Shown: positions 1-9,337 of the stretch, piece by piece | Layout of the letters: every line of letters starts with the position of its first letter | Position numbering within the stretch: the stretch's first letter is position 1 | Virus record (IMG/VR): IMGVR_UViG_3300042890_003920 | Reading direction: 5' to 3' (one strand) | Origin: a virus | Taxonomy: Duplodnaviria; Heunggongvirae; Uroviricota; Caudoviricetes | Length of the DNA stretch: 64,000 nt | Program-made: the position numbers and the translations under genes | Notes under the pieces: generated by a model | Told to the model about the DNA's origin: nothing | Seen by the model: the letters and a program-made list of their open reading frames with translations, nothing else | Database searches by the model: none

Positions 1-160
1 TACCAGAAGTACCAGAGGTTCCAGCTATACCAGAAGTTCCAGAAGTACCAGAGTTTGATTGTGTTAAACCAGCTAACTGATCTTCTAAATAGTGAAAGTT
101 GTTATCCATTTGAGCAACTGATAATGCTCCGTCTTGTTCTGATCTATATGTAATACCCAT
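1..160 (-). CDS. collagen-like repeat fibre protein, N-terminal part (gene runs off window start)
   Basis: minus-strand translation MGITYRSEQDGALSVAQMDNNFHYLEDQLAGLT followed by Gly-Thr-Ser triplet repeats; 95 bp at 66..160 near-identical to 1981..2075. Confidence 0.6.
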   Translation of the reverse strand, partial: MGITYRSEQDGALSVAQMDNNFHYLEDQLAGLTQSNSGTSGTSGIAGTSGTSG

Positions 161-266
161 TTTTTATATTTTTTTTATACTACTCTTTTATTTTGATATA
201 AATAAATGTAGCTCTCTGTGAAACAGTGTATAAAATCTGTACGTTTTTTATACACCTTTAACAAAT

Positions 267-2075
267 TTAGTTATATACTCTTATTTCGATTGGAGTTCTT
301 AATATTAAATCGTCTGCACCAGTACTACTCTGATTAGTTGCTATATATATATCATTAGAAGTAGTGTCTTCATTATCAACATAAAAGTCATAATCATTGA
401 TAGCCCAATGATTTTTACAAAAGAACACTACGGTTTTTAATAAAGGAAATCCACCAGTACTACTTAAAAAATATAAACCGGGAGAGTCTCTATTCCAAAC
501 GGGAGTAAAACCTAAAGTATTTTCTAACACAGAGGCTGTTGGTGATGCTGTACCACTCTGTGTTAATATAGCGGTATAAACTTTATATTTTGGTGCATAA
601 GCCGTAGTTTGAACCGAATTATCTGGGAATGTTATACTTCCAGTTGTACCAAATACCCAGTTTTCAGGTCCATCATTATCACCAGTTTGTATAGTAACAG
701 TTCCATTATCAGCAATCACTCTACCACTCTGATAACGAATTATTTCTATATCTATTCCAGTTATAGCCAAACTCGCAGTTGGTGCATTCTGGTCCACGGT
801 TAAAACTATTGGGTTTGACTGGACCTTATTCGTGATATTTAGGCTTACTGCTGTAGTTGGATCGTAAAACACTGTAAATATGTCTGTTGCTACTTGATAA
901 CCGTTTATGAAATTTACTAGAGTTGAATCTGGATTAGTAATAGTTATCAGATTGCCAGACCATGTAGCAGAATCATAGTTAGATCCTACAGAGCAACTTG
1001 CAGAATCTTGAGTGTATAAATTCTTTGAATTTATTTGTACTGTTTTACTAGTGTCACTAACTTTTAAGTTATTATCTTCACCACCAATGAATAGATCAGT
1101 TGCACTATCATCGATAGGACCACCTGCACGAATATGTATATGATTAGGACTTCCTTCAGTAGGATCTAATATAATGTATTGGTCAGTTTCTAAAGAAGAA
1201 TCTGGTTTTAATACTATTATTGGACCAAGACCAAGATTGACTGATTCTATTTGACTACCATTAGAATTTATAGCACCAGTAATATTCACATCACCATCTA
1301 CATCTAAAGCTACTGATGGATTGGTTGTTCCTATACCTATCTTACCATCATTAGTAATTCTCATTCTTTCATCACCATCAGTTTGCACGATTACGTTTCC
1401 TCCCGCGGTGCCTCCACCTCCTGCGTTTATAACGATATTACCACCAGTATTAGCTCCGTAACCAGATTCAATGTATACTTCACCACCATAACCATTATTA
1501 CTTTGTCCTGCATATATTTCAACAAAACCACCATCACCTGTATCTGTGTATCCACCTCTTATCTTAACTGTACCTCCTTCTGAGATACCTTCTCCTGCAT
1601 CAACTTTAATATCTCCACCATTTTGTCCTTTACCGGCCCATAGGTAAATGTCTCCACCTTCGCCACTGTAGGTAAGTCCATTTTGATAACTATCACCACC
1701 AGATATGACTAATCTTTCAACGGTCGGAGCAGATCCTGTTCCATCTTGAGTTGATATGATTTTTTGGTATACACTTCCTTTTTCAAATTGAAGGTTATCT
1801 CCGCTTCCTGTTCTTTGGTTACCTGGTAAGAATGGAAAACTAATTGCACCGGTTGTACCAAACCCTGCAGGTCCTGTAGCACCTTGTGGTCCAGTAGGTC
1901 CTTGAGGTCCTGTAGCACCATTTATACCAGAAGGTCCTGTAGCACCGGCAGGTCCAGTAGCACCAGAACCAGAGTTTGTTAAACCAGCTAACTGATCTTC
2001 TAAATAGTGAAAGTTGTTATCCATTTGAGCAACTGATAATGCACCGTCTTGTTCTGATCTATATGTAATACCCAT
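267..2075 (-). CDS. collagen-like (GxxGxxG) repeat fibre/tail-fibre-like protein, 602 aa
   Basis: long ORF; collagen triplet repeats GATGPAGATGPSGINGATGPQGPTGPQG near N-terminus then Gly/Thr/Asn-rich beta-rich body. Confidence 0.7.
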   Translation of the reverse strand: MGITYRSEQDGALSVAQMDNNFHYLEDQLAGLTNSGSGATGPAGATGPSGINGATGPQGPTGPQGATGPAGFGTTGAISFPFLPGNQRTGSGDNLQFEKGSVYQKIISTQDGTGSAPTVERLVISGGDSYQNGLTYSGEGGDIYLWAGKGQNGGDIKVDAGEGISEGGTVKIRGGYTDTGDGGFVEIYAGQSNNGYGGEVYIESGYGANTGGNIVINAGGGGTAGGNVIVQTDGDERMRITNDGKIGIGTTNPSVALDVDGDVNITGAINSNGSQIESVNLGLGPIIVLKPDSSLETDQYIILDPTEGSPNHIHIRAGGPIDDSATDLFIGGEDNNLKVSDTSKTVQINSKNLYTQDSASCSVGSNYDSATWSGNLITITNPDSTLVNFINGYQVATDIFTVFYDPTTAVSLNITNKVQSNPIVLTVDQNAPTASLAITGIDIEIIRYQSGRVIADNGTVTIQTGDNDGPENWVFGTTGSITFPDNSVQTTAYAPKYKVYTAILTQSGTASPTASVLENTLGFTPVWNRDSPGLYFLSSTGGFPLLKTVVFFCKNHWAINDYDFYVDNEDTTSNDIYIATNQSSTGADDLILRTPIEIRVYN

Positions 2076-2123
2076 GATTTATATTTATGTTTTTTTATAT
2101 ACTATATATTTAATATAAATATT

Positions 2124-2153
2124 AAAAAAACCCACTATTAAGCGGGTTTGTTT
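2124..2153 (-). terminator. rho-independent terminator after 2154..2705
   Basis: aaaccc..gggttt hairpin followed on minus strand by T-run. Confidence 0.5.
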
Positions 2154-2705
2154 TTATTTAACGGCTACTATTTCAAAGTAACCGTTATGATCAATTGAAC
2201 CAACATCAGCAACTCTAGCTTCTTCACCTTTATCTAAACGACAATAAATTCCTACTTCACCTTTCAACTGAGTAGTATTATAATAATTATTAGTCGGTAT
2301 ATCTTGATATTCTGTTCCATATGAAGAATAGATACCTATTTCACCAGCTTCTTTATTGTATTTTATAAAATAATTATTTGTTGGTATATCCTGACTACGA
2401 CTTCTATAATCTTCAATGTCTTTTGGATCGTAATTCTTGAATAGTAGGTAGTATTCACCATGTTTCATTTCCAAACCTTTAGCTTCTTTATGTGATAAAG
2501 AAGGAGTTGATGCTAAATCTATCCAACTACCGAAATAAAACCAGTTATCTCTTGGCGGCGTTAAAGCAATTGCCGATTTAATATAATTATCCCAAAATTT
2601 ATCATAACCACTCTGAGTAAATTTAACAACAATTTTATCAGGGTTGTTTTTCGTATTTTCATAATTATATTCATTAAACTCCTCAAATAATTTTACGTAT
2701 TTCAT
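2154..2705 (-). CDS. hypothetical protein with family-A-like N-terminus (MKYVKLFEEF)
   Basis: ORF 183 aa; N-terminal motif shared with 2756..3160 and family A. Confidence 0.6.
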   Translation of the reverse strand: MKYVKLFEEFNEYNYENTKNNPDKIVVKFTQSGYDKFWDNYIKSAIALTPPRDNWFYFGSWIDLASTPSLSHKEAKGLEMKHGEYYLLFKNYDPKDIEDYRSRSQDIPTNNYFIKYNKEAGEIGIYSSYGTEYQDIPTNNYYNTTQLKGEVGIYCRLDKGEEARVADVGSIDHNGYFEIVAVK

Positions 2706-2755
2706 AATCTTTTATATTTTTTTATATTAAGCGGTATTTCATAATTTTTTTAATT

Positions 2756-3160
2756 CTAATTGAAGATCAAACCATTTAATGTAGAAGGATCCACTTTACA
2801 ATCTCTTTCATCGAATGCCATAAGAATTTTATCACCTTCGTGTAATACACCGATAAGTTTATCATCCATTCCTTGATCAATAAGTTCTACTACAGAGAAT
2901 TTCTTCTCACCATTTACATATTGTTTCCAAAATGTTTCAGCTCTTGGTCTAGTTAATCCAAATCCTGTCTCGTACGATGGATTACCATAAAGACACCATA
3001 ACACTGGTTTATTATTTTCTTCAATCCATTCAGAAACAGTTAGACAAAAATCACCATGTTCTTCTGGTCCAAATGTATGTGTAGAAAACATCTTACCATT
3101 TGGGTTTTGATACTTAACTTCTTCATTAGTGAAGTTTTCAAATAATTTTACGTATTTCAT
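2756..3160 (-). CDS. hypothetical protein, paralog of 2154..2705 (MKYVKLFENF)
   Basis: ORF 134 aa; shared N-terminus; TAATATATAC-like motif about 25 nt upstream. Confidence 0.6.
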   Translation of the reverse strand: MKYVKLFENFTNEEVKYQNPNGKMFSTHTFGPEEHGDFCLTVSEWIEENNKPVLWCLYGNPSYETGFGLTRPRAETFWKQYVNGEKKFSVVELIDQGMDDKLIGVLHEGDKILMAFDERDCKVDPSTLNGLIFN

Positions 3161-3437
3161 AATTGTTTATTTTTTTTTCTTATAGTATATATTATTTAAT
3201 TTCTACTATATTTTTATTCTTTAACACAATAAATTGAGATAGGATAAAGCCAGTGACATTTAGTGGAGATAGAGTATAACATATCACCACCTAACATCTT
3301 TGTCATCTTGTGAATCAAGAGAATATTTTTTATAGTATATATATTATAGAAATTAAAATTTATTGATAAAAAGTGTGAATTATATAAAAATCGTTTTTTT
3401 TAATAAATATATACTTTTATAAAAAATAATTAAAATT

Positions 3438-3941
3438 ATGAAACACATTAAAGAATTTAATCAAATCAACGAAGGTAAAGGTGATTGGATAAGAACAATA
3501 CAAACACTTTTTGATAAATCTGACGTAGGATCTTTTTCTGGTGATGAAATGGATTTCGAAATGTTTCAGAAATGGGATAATTTATTACCATATCTTGATC
3601 AATATGGTGAAATAAATAACTCTAAGCCTTTAGGTCCTATTGAAGAAACTATTAGACATTTTGAAAATAAACAATTAAAGAAAGAATTTATTCCAATGCA
3701 AGATATTTCAAAAGAAGAGAAGGAAATCAAAAAGAGAGAAGGCACTCCAAAAGTTTATACTGCCTTCGGAGAACATGAATGGAATTTAGATAGTTATAAT
3801 AAAGAATATCAAGATGGTGTTAAAAAACTTAGAAAAGCTTGGATGAGTTTCTTAAAAGAGGCGGGTACATTTGCGGGAAAGGCTCATTTTGATATTGATA
3901 TTGAACCTGGTAGAAAAGTTATTGGAGTACCCAGAAAGTAA
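3438..3941 (+). CDS. hypothetical protein with MKHIKEFNQ N-terminus (family-A relative)
   Basis: ORF 167 aa; promoter-like aaatatatac motif upstream. Confidence 0.6.
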   Translation: MKHIKEFNQINEGKGDWIRTIQTLFDKSDVGSFSGDEMDFEMFQKWDNLLPYLDQYGEINNSKPLGPIEETIRHFENKQLKKEFIPMQDISKEEKEIKKREGTPKVYTAFGEHEWNLDSYNKEYQDGVKKLRKAWMSFLKEAGTFAGKAHFDIDIEPGRKVIGVPRK

Positions 3942-4042
3942 GATTTGAACCATTAAAATCATCATTGACACAAATTTAGATGCTGATTACAAATTCGTAG
4001 TTCTAAATAGAAACTAAAATAATAAATTATACAAACAAAATA

Positions 4043-4070
4043 AAAAAACCAGTTAAAGACTGGTTTTTTT
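4043..4070. terminator. bidirectional rho-independent terminator
   Basis: perfect hairpin accagt-ttaaag-actggt flanked by A-run and T-run between convergent genes. Confidence 0.8.
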
Positions 4071-4269
4071 ATTCTACCTTCTTTTCTATTCTATTTGTTT
4101 TCGTATTAAATAACATATCACCACCTATAATCTCATACGCTATCCCATTTATAACCTTTGTTTTACCGTGGTCTTTATGTGAACGTATTGTTTTGAGTAA
4201 GGTTGAATTATCTTCACAGAAAACTCTGTGAGGTGCTTTTCTAGTAGTAGTTGCCATTAGTTTATACAA
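4069..4269 (-). CDS. hypothetical small protein
   Basis: ORF 66 aa, first of a minus-strand block. Confidence 0.45.
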   Translation of the reverse strand: MYKLMATTTRKAPHRVFCEDNSTLLKTIRSHKDHGKTKVINGIAYEIIGGDMLFNTKTNRIEKKVE

Positions 4270-4457
4270 ACAGCATTTACATCTTCATCACCTTCTTGGA
4301 ACTCCATATCTTCATAGTAACCTTTGGATGGTGTATAATGAACTTCTTGGAACCCATTACCTTCATCATCACGTGAGTAGATAACATCCATATCTAATGT
4401 TTCTGGGTTTGCTTCGGCAAACTTTTGTAATTGTTCGATATATTCTCTTAGTTTCAT
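4257..4457 (-). CDS. hypothetical small acidic protein
   Basis: ORF 66 aa. Confidence 0.45.
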   Translation of the reverse strand: MKLREYIEQLQKFAEANPETLDMDVIYSRDDEGNGFQEVHYTPSKGYYEDMEFQEGDEDVNAVCIN

Positions 4458-4828
4458 TTTATATTTAATTGTTTTAGTTTATCTTCTCTTATTTCTGCAA
4501 TTGATCTAGTATGTAATAACATTTCTTTTTTAATCTTCCAATGCCAATATTGTGTATAAGGATCAAAAAACGGTATGAAGTCTTTATGTATGTAACCATT
4601 GGTTAGTTTAATAGTTTCATCTTGTTTAAAGTATAAAACTGCACCAGGTTTATCTTTAGATGTGAATGTAATGAATATTTCATTATTACTACTCAATATA
4701 TAATCTTTATTCTTTATAACAAGATAGGTTTCTTTATAATACTTATACTTTGGATAGTAAGTTAAGAATGAAGCAAGCCAAAATATACTTATTACTACCA
4801 GTAATACTGAAGTCAAGATTAGTATCAT
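4454..4828 (-). CDS. membrane-anchored hypothetical protein with family-B-like C-terminal tail (AEIREDKLKQLNIK)
   Basis: N-terminal TM helix; C-terminal RE.KL..L motif; ATGA overlap with upstream gene. Confidence 0.55.
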   Translation of the reverse strand: MILILTSVLLVVISIFWLASFLTYYPKYKYYKETYLVIKNKDYILSSNNEIFITFTSKDKPGAVLYFKQDETIKLTNGYIHKDFIPFFDPYTQYWHWKIKKEMLLHTRSIAEIREDKLKQLNIK

Positions 4829-5121
4829 TATATTTTAGGATAAACTCTTGATTTAGAAACTTCAATAACCATCTTAACTTTATCTTCTGTAACTTCAAGA
4901 ATTTCACCATTTATACTACCAGACATAACAGGAGTATAAACTAGGTCACCTTGCTTCATAGTAGGTGTATATTCTTTTCTTTTCTTTTCAGTTTGTAATG
5001 TTCTGTAAGCCGCATAAACTATAAATGAACCTAAGAAGGCTAATAGTAATAATAGAATTAGATTTGTATATAAGATTGCATCTTGCATTGCTAAATCAGT
5101 AACCGGTAGTTTTGCGTTCAT
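4828..5121 (-). CDS. hypothetical membrane protein
   Basis: ORF 97 aa with central hydrophobic segment. Confidence 0.5.
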   Translation of the reverse strand: MNAKLPVTDLAMQDAILYTNLILLLLLAFLGSFIVYAAYRTLQTEKKRKEYTPTMKQGDLVYTPVMSGSINGEILEVTEDKVKMVIEVSKSRVYPKI

Positions 5122-5122
5122 A

Positions 5123-5578
5123 TTATATTTCTAGTTTAATGTATTTCGAATCTTCTTTATAATCAATGAACGTAATGTCGGTCACCTCATCTTCAATACT
5201 ATCTTTTATCTTTTGTTTGGTTTCTTCTGAGATTGTGAATAGTTTCATTACTGATTTATAGATAGACCCAAAAGTCTGTTGTCTACTTTTTATATCATAT
5301 ACTTCTACTAAGCCATCCTTATAGTCATACGAGAACCATAATCCTTCCACCCATACACTCTGTTCTCTTTTTATATTTAGTGTCTTATCTAACGCTATAT
5401 CTCTCCAATATGATATAGTCAATGAGTCTACTATTGGTTTAATCCAAGTTAGTAAATTTCTATCATCTACTTCATCCTCTGGAAAGTTTACCCAATATGA
5501 TTTACCATCAGGTCTTTCGATGGTAGCTCTTCTTTCGTCCGTATTATGACCTGAGTATCTACAAGGTTGTTTTGTCAT
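5123..5578 (-). CDS. hypothetical protein (start moved to MTKQPCRYSG)
   Basis: host-type -7 box TATCTTTG (plus 5583..5590) sits between ORF-track start and this Met; the transcript would be near-leaderless. Confidence 0.5.
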   Translation of the reverse strand: MTKQPCRYSGHNTDERRATIERPDGKSYWVNFPEDEVDDRNLLTWIKPIVDSLTISYWRDIALDKTLNIKREQSVWVEGLWFSYDYKDGLVEVYDIKSRQQTFGSIYKSVMKLFTISEETKQKIKDSIEDEVTDITFIDYKEDSKYIKLEI

Positions 5579-5582
5579 ATTA

Positions 5583-5590
5583 CAAAGATA
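5583..5590 (-). promoter_or_regulatory. Bacteroidota sigmaA-type -7 box (TATCTTTG)
   Basis: reverse complement of caaagata immediately upstream of ATG at 5576..5578. Confidence 0.5.
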
Positions 5591-5594
5591 CAAT

Positions 5595-6245
5595 TTATAT
5601 TTCAGTCTCACAAGAAGACATCACTTCATTTATCTTCTTTTCTCTACTATCTGCAATTATCTGATAGATATAATCGGTAAGACCTTCTTGTTTAAGAGTA
5701 TCTATATTATTGAAAACACTTCTACTTTCTACATAATCTTCTATGAAGAATGGTTGATTCTGTTTTAACCAATCAATCCAAGCCCTTTGACTATTAATAT
5801 CAATATTTGGTTTATCCCATTCTTGTTGAATAACTTCACAGTTATCGAATGATGGTAAATGACCGATATATGAACCTATCAATTTAATATTTATTTTTAG
5901 ATGATCGTTATTTCTTGGATCAAACTGGTAAGAATTTATTAGTTTATCTTTGAGTGTTTTACCAACTAAAGTAAATTTTATCTGACCTTCGTGATAGATA
6001 CAAAGAGCTATCTTTGTGTTTTGTAGTTTTGATGGATAATTTCCCTGAGCTAACGCACCACCTTGATACAATCCTTCTTGATAAGCTTTGGTTTTTAAAG
6101 CCGTTTTTAGATGATTCTGTGGTGTATCATAGATTACTTTACCACCAATATAAAAACCTCTTAGTTCTTCTACTGGTGAGAATGAGCCGTCTTTTTTAAT
6201 GATTGGTAGTATTTTTATTATGTCACCGTCTTTTAGTTTGTACAT
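5595..6245 (-). CDS. hypothetical protein, 216 aa
   Basis: long ORF. Confidence 0.55.
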   Translation of the reverse strand: MYKLKDGDIIKILPIIKKDGSFSPVEELRGFYIGGKVIYDTPQNHLKTALKTKAYQEGLYQGGALAQGNYPSKLQNTKIALCIYHEGQIKFTLVGKTLKDKLINSYQFDPRNNDHLKINIKLIGSYIGHLPSFDNCEVIQQEWDKPNIDINSQRAWIDWLKQNQPFFIEDYVESRSVFNNIDTLKQEGLTDYIYQIIADSREKKINEVMSSCETEI

Positions 6246-6254
6246 GATTTTAAC

Positions 6255-6551
6255 TTAATTAAAGCAGATATAATTACCTACATAATATCTATTAAAAGTT
6301 TGAGGATCGATATAAACCGTTATAAATGTACCATTCTGATTTATATCAAATGAATATTGAGTGTTTCCATTATTTCTTTTAGAAGCGATTAAGCCACAAC
6401 CATAATATCTTTCAGTATAATTTGGATATAAAAATCCAATATTGTAATAAACTGGATTTATATAATTTGGAATTTGATAATTTGGAATTGGTTCTACAAC
6501 ACATCCACTTAATGTAAATGATAGTACAATTGCTAATATAATTTTTTTCAT
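6255..6551 (-). CDS. lipoprotein (signal peptide MKKIILAIVLSFTLSGC)
   Basis: lipobox-like LSGC, Tyr/Asn-rich mature part. Confidence 0.55.
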   Translation of the reverse strand: MKKIILAIVLSFTLSGCVVEPIPNYQIPNYINPVYYNIGFLYPNYTERYYGCGLIASKRNNGNTQYSFDINQNGTFITVYIDPQTFNRYYVGNYICFN

Positions 6552-6555
6552 AGTT

Positions 6556-6783
6556 TTATTTTTTTAGTTTTTTTATTTCAATTATAAATATGTATTTGAA
6601 TGCTGCCCACATCCAAAATACGGTAGCAGAGGTAACTACTAGATTTATGAACAATTGTTTTATCGAGAAACCTTGTTGGTATATATACCACCATCCACAT
6701 ATACTATTAACGATTAGTGATAGCATACATAAAATCATAAATGTTATATAAATAACATCACCAGGTGTTGGTTTTACTTTCAT
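6556..6783 (-). CDS. small membrane protein (2 TM)
   Basis: ORF 75 aa, two hydrophobic helices. Confidence 0.5.
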   Translation of the reverse strand: MKVKPTPGDVIYITFMILCMLSLIVNSICGWWYIYQQGFSIKQLFINLVVTSATVFWMWAAFKYIFIIEIKKLKK

Positions 6784-7067
6784 ATTAAATCGTTTTTATA
6801 TATCTCTACTGCTCTTTCTAAGATTCTTTTCAACTCTTTTTTATCCATTCTTGGGTCTTCAATATCAAAATCAACATTAAATGCAAATTTAGGTCGTTGT
6901 TCTACTATTTTATCACCAAAGAGCCAATATTTTTTATACACTTCTTCGGTATATCCAAAATAAAAGTTGTACCCTTTAAAGATGGCTGTTGATGCGGCAT
7001 CATTACTATGAGTGTAATGTTTTGAATAAAAATATTCTTCACCTAAAATTATTATACTTTTCATCAT
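6780..7067 (-). CDS. hypothetical protein
   Basis: ORF 95 aa, ATGA overlap. Confidence 0.5.
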   Translation of the reverse strand: MMKSIIILGEEYFYSKHYTHSNDAASTAIFKGYNFYFGYTEEVYKKYWLFGDKIVEQRPKFAFNVDFDIEDPRMDKKELKRILERAVEIYKNDLI

Positions 7068-7286
7068 TTATATCAATTTATTTAATTTTTTATCTCTTTC
7101 TACTTCTAAGGTAGCATCTTCAAATTGTCCCAATAAAAGATAGTATGAATCATTATCATAGTTATCATTGACTTTAACAATTAAATTAGCATCAAACTTT
7201 GAAGTACCAATATAGTCGATTACTTTATATACTTCACCTTCACTTAATCGGTAACCATCCTTTTTTATACATCTTACCCACTTCAT
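7068..7286 (-). CDS. family-B small protein (MKWVRCIKKDGY...ERDKKLNKLI)
   Basis: N-terminal MKxVxC motif, G.VYKV, C-terminal R.KKLNKLI tail. Confidence 0.6.
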   Translation of the reverse strand: MKWVRCIKKDGYRLSEGEVYKVIDYIGTSKFDANLIVKVNDNYDNDSYYLLLGQFEDATLEVERDKKLNKLI

Positions 7287-7675
7287 AACTCTCCTTTGTT
7301 TTTTAATTCTCTATATGTTTCATGTTCTACAAACTTACCCTCAACTTTATATCCCCACTGTCTCTTTGGTTTTGTCACGAAGAAAAGTGTATAAACAACT
7401 GGACTTAGCAGTTCTAGTATCTTATGATAGTCTTCACCGTTTCTTATATTGATATGACCAGGTGTTTGAAGATAAACACCCGTTTGTGTCAGTTCTTTAT
7501 AAGAACCTTTTAAAACGATTGATTTAAAGTCCCAAGGGTGGTTATGAAGATGTTTATCAGCATCGGCTTTATAAATAGCGTGTAACCAGATAGAACCCCA
7601 ACGTGTTTTAAGGATTTCCCAACGTTTGAAGTGTAGTTCACCGGTTTTCGACTTTATTTCTTTGATTAGTTTCAT
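7283..7675 (-). CDS. hypothetical protein
   Basis: ORF 130 aa. Confidence 0.5.
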   Translation of the reverse strand: MKLIKEIKSKTGELHFKRWEILKTRWGSIWLHAIYKADADKHLHNHPWDFKSIVLKGSYKELTQTGVYLQTPGHINIRNGEDYHKILELLSPVVYTLFFVTKPKRQWGYKVEGKFVEHETYRELKNKGEL

Positions 7676-7786
7676 ATTACATTAATAGTATTGTTAATAC
7701 AAGTATTATACCGAGTATTACTCTTGCTATAGACCAATACTTAGCTTCTTTGGCATTTTTCTTTGCGGTTTCTTCAAATGGATTCA

Positions 7787-8113
7787 TTACTTAGATTTTT
7801 TAATCACTATGATGGAATCATTCTCAGATATAACTGATTCTACATTGATAGTTGTTGGTGTTCCCTTATTTACAAGTATTACTGATTGTTGGTGTTTACC
7901 TGATTGATAAGTTGTAGAAACAACTTGGTTATTTAGAATACCTACTTTTACATATTCATTATCACCACAAGATACTCTATAGACTTTAAGTCCTTTTAGT
8001 TCTGCTGGTAAGGTTGGTTCGTCACCAGTTAGTCTTTGACTGGTTACACCTTTATCTTCACAGGAAATTGTTAGTAGTGCGATACAGAATAGGATTGTTA
8101 AGATTTTTTTCAT
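7787..8113 (-). CDS. lipoprotein (MKKILTILFCIALLTISCEDKG)
   Basis: Bacteroidota-type lipoprotein signal peptide. Confidence 0.55.
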   Translation of the reverse strand: MKKILTILFCIALLTISCEDKGVTSQRLTGDEPTLPAELKGLKVYRVSCGDNEYVKVGILNNQVVSTTYQSGKHQQSVILVNKGTPTTINVESVISENDSIIVIKKSK

Positions 8114-8135
8114 TGTTATTTAGTTTATTTTTTAT

Positions 8136-8480
8136 TTATGAGAAATGTGAGAAGATGAATAGGGTTGGTTCTGTTGTAGGGTATATACCAAATAATTCAA
8201 CATATTTGGATTTAACCTTTTCTGCATCACAAGAAGCAATGTCAAGGTTTACAAAGTCCCAACCTTCGTATTCATCATTACAGTGTTGTACATTAAGTCC
8301 AAAGACGTTATACCTACCACACATTCCATCTGTGATTAAAGCAAAGTCTTCTCCTTCAAATCCACACATAATGGATTCAAATTTTTCATGGTAAAGGTCA
8401 ATTTTATTACCTTCATTATCAAGTATTTCATATGGTAGTTTCCAACCATATACAATATAATCACTTCTGTCTATTCCCAT
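8136..8480 (-). CDS. hypothetical Cys-rich protein
   Basis: ORF 114 aa. Confidence 0.45.
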   Translation of the reverse strand: MGIDRSDYIVYGWKLPYEILDNEGNKIDLYHEKFESIMCGFEGEDFALITDGMCGRYNVFGLNVQHCNDEYEGWDFVNLDIASCDAEKVKSKYVELFGIYPTTEPTLFIFSHFS

Positions 8481-8481
8481 A

Positions 8482-8790
8482 TTAGTTAAGGTTTTGTAGT
8501 TGTAGTTGTAATCTTTCGATTTGTTGAGTAATCAATCTTCTTTGAGCTTCTCTTTGAGCTAAACGAATAGAATCCCATTGTGTTGGTATTTTAGTAGATA
8601 CTTTTGTTTCTGTATCAAAGATATAAGCACTTAGTATACCACAAGATGTTGTTGTAGCTGAGAATTTCTCGATAGCTTCGTTTATAGTAATTTCACTATT
8701 GCTATCACGTGTTTCTATAATACACATATCATCCTCGGTTAAAGGGACGTTAAATCTGTTGTAAGCACTGTTTAAAACTAATCTTCTCAT
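8482..8790 (-). CDS. hypothetical protein (start moved to MRRLVLNS)
   Basis: ORF-track start is a non-ATG codon; ATG at 8788..8790 lies about 13 nt downstream of -7 box TATCTTTG (8809..8816). Confidence 0.45.
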   Translation of the reverse strand: MRRLVLNSAYNRFNVPLTEDDMCIIETRDSNSEITINEAIEKFSATTTSCGILSAYIFDTETKVSTKIPTQWDSIRLAQREAQRRLITQQIERLQLQLQNLN

Positions 8791-8876
8791 TTCATTTTCA
8801 TTTAAGTACAAAGATAAACAAATTTTATGTAAAAAGATATTTTGGAAATGATATTTTTATTTAATATATACATAAT

Positions 8877-9293
8877 ATGAAGATAAAGAGAATAGGTGAA
8901 TTCAATACCACAAATATCAAGACAAAACAATATAAAGACTATCTTTTAGTCATAGGTAAAAGTTCAGACATATTCGACTATTTTGGAGTTGAAGAACTAC
9001 ACGGGTTAAAAAGATCTGAATGCTACGATACACCAGATGATGCATACATTGCCGGGCTTTGTAATCAATTCCCTGATGATCCATCAAAGCAGTTCTTATT
9101 CATAAATGAGATAAGAATTGGAAGAAGCTACAAAGACGTTCTTTTGATAATGCATGAGGCAATGCATCTATCATTGGAAGTACATGGATATAACCTACAA
9201 GGTGATACAGAAGAAGTAGCAATTACATATGGGGAAAATGTGGCTACAGAGATATGTGAATATCTAAAGTCGATAGGAATATTGAAGATATGA
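8877..9293 (+). CDS. putative zinc metallopeptidase-like protein (HEAMH motif)
   Basis: HExxH in LLIMHEAMHLSLEVHGYN; TAATATATACATAAT motif ends 2 nt before ATG. Confidence 0.4.
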   Translation: MKIKRIGEFNTTNIKTKQYKDYLLVIGKSSDIFDYFGVEELHGLKRSECYDTPDDAYIAGLCNQFPDDPSKQFLFINEIRIGRSYKDVLLIMHEAMHLSLEVHGYNLQGDTEEVAITYGENVATEICEYLKSIGILKI

Positions 9294-9296
9294 TAG

Positions 9297-9337
9297 AAAA
9301 AAAAGAGAGGGTCTTAATAAGACCCTCTCTTTTATTA
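9297..9337. terminator. bidirectional rho-independent terminator
   Basis: gagagggtc-ttaataa-gaccctctc hairpin with A-run and T-run between convergent genes. Confidence 0.8.

Noticed and set aside
609-1921. Short plus/minus ORFs (609..803, 1383..1583, 1709..1921) inside the collagen-like gene
   Set aside because: They are antisense or overlapping frames within a long, repeat-rich gene. They have low-complexity translations and no promoter motifs.
6014-6199. ORF 6014..6199 (+) with a TATCTTTG-like box at 6005
   Set aside because: It is entirely antisense to the well-supported 5595..6245 gene. The translation is of low quality, so it is likely spurious.
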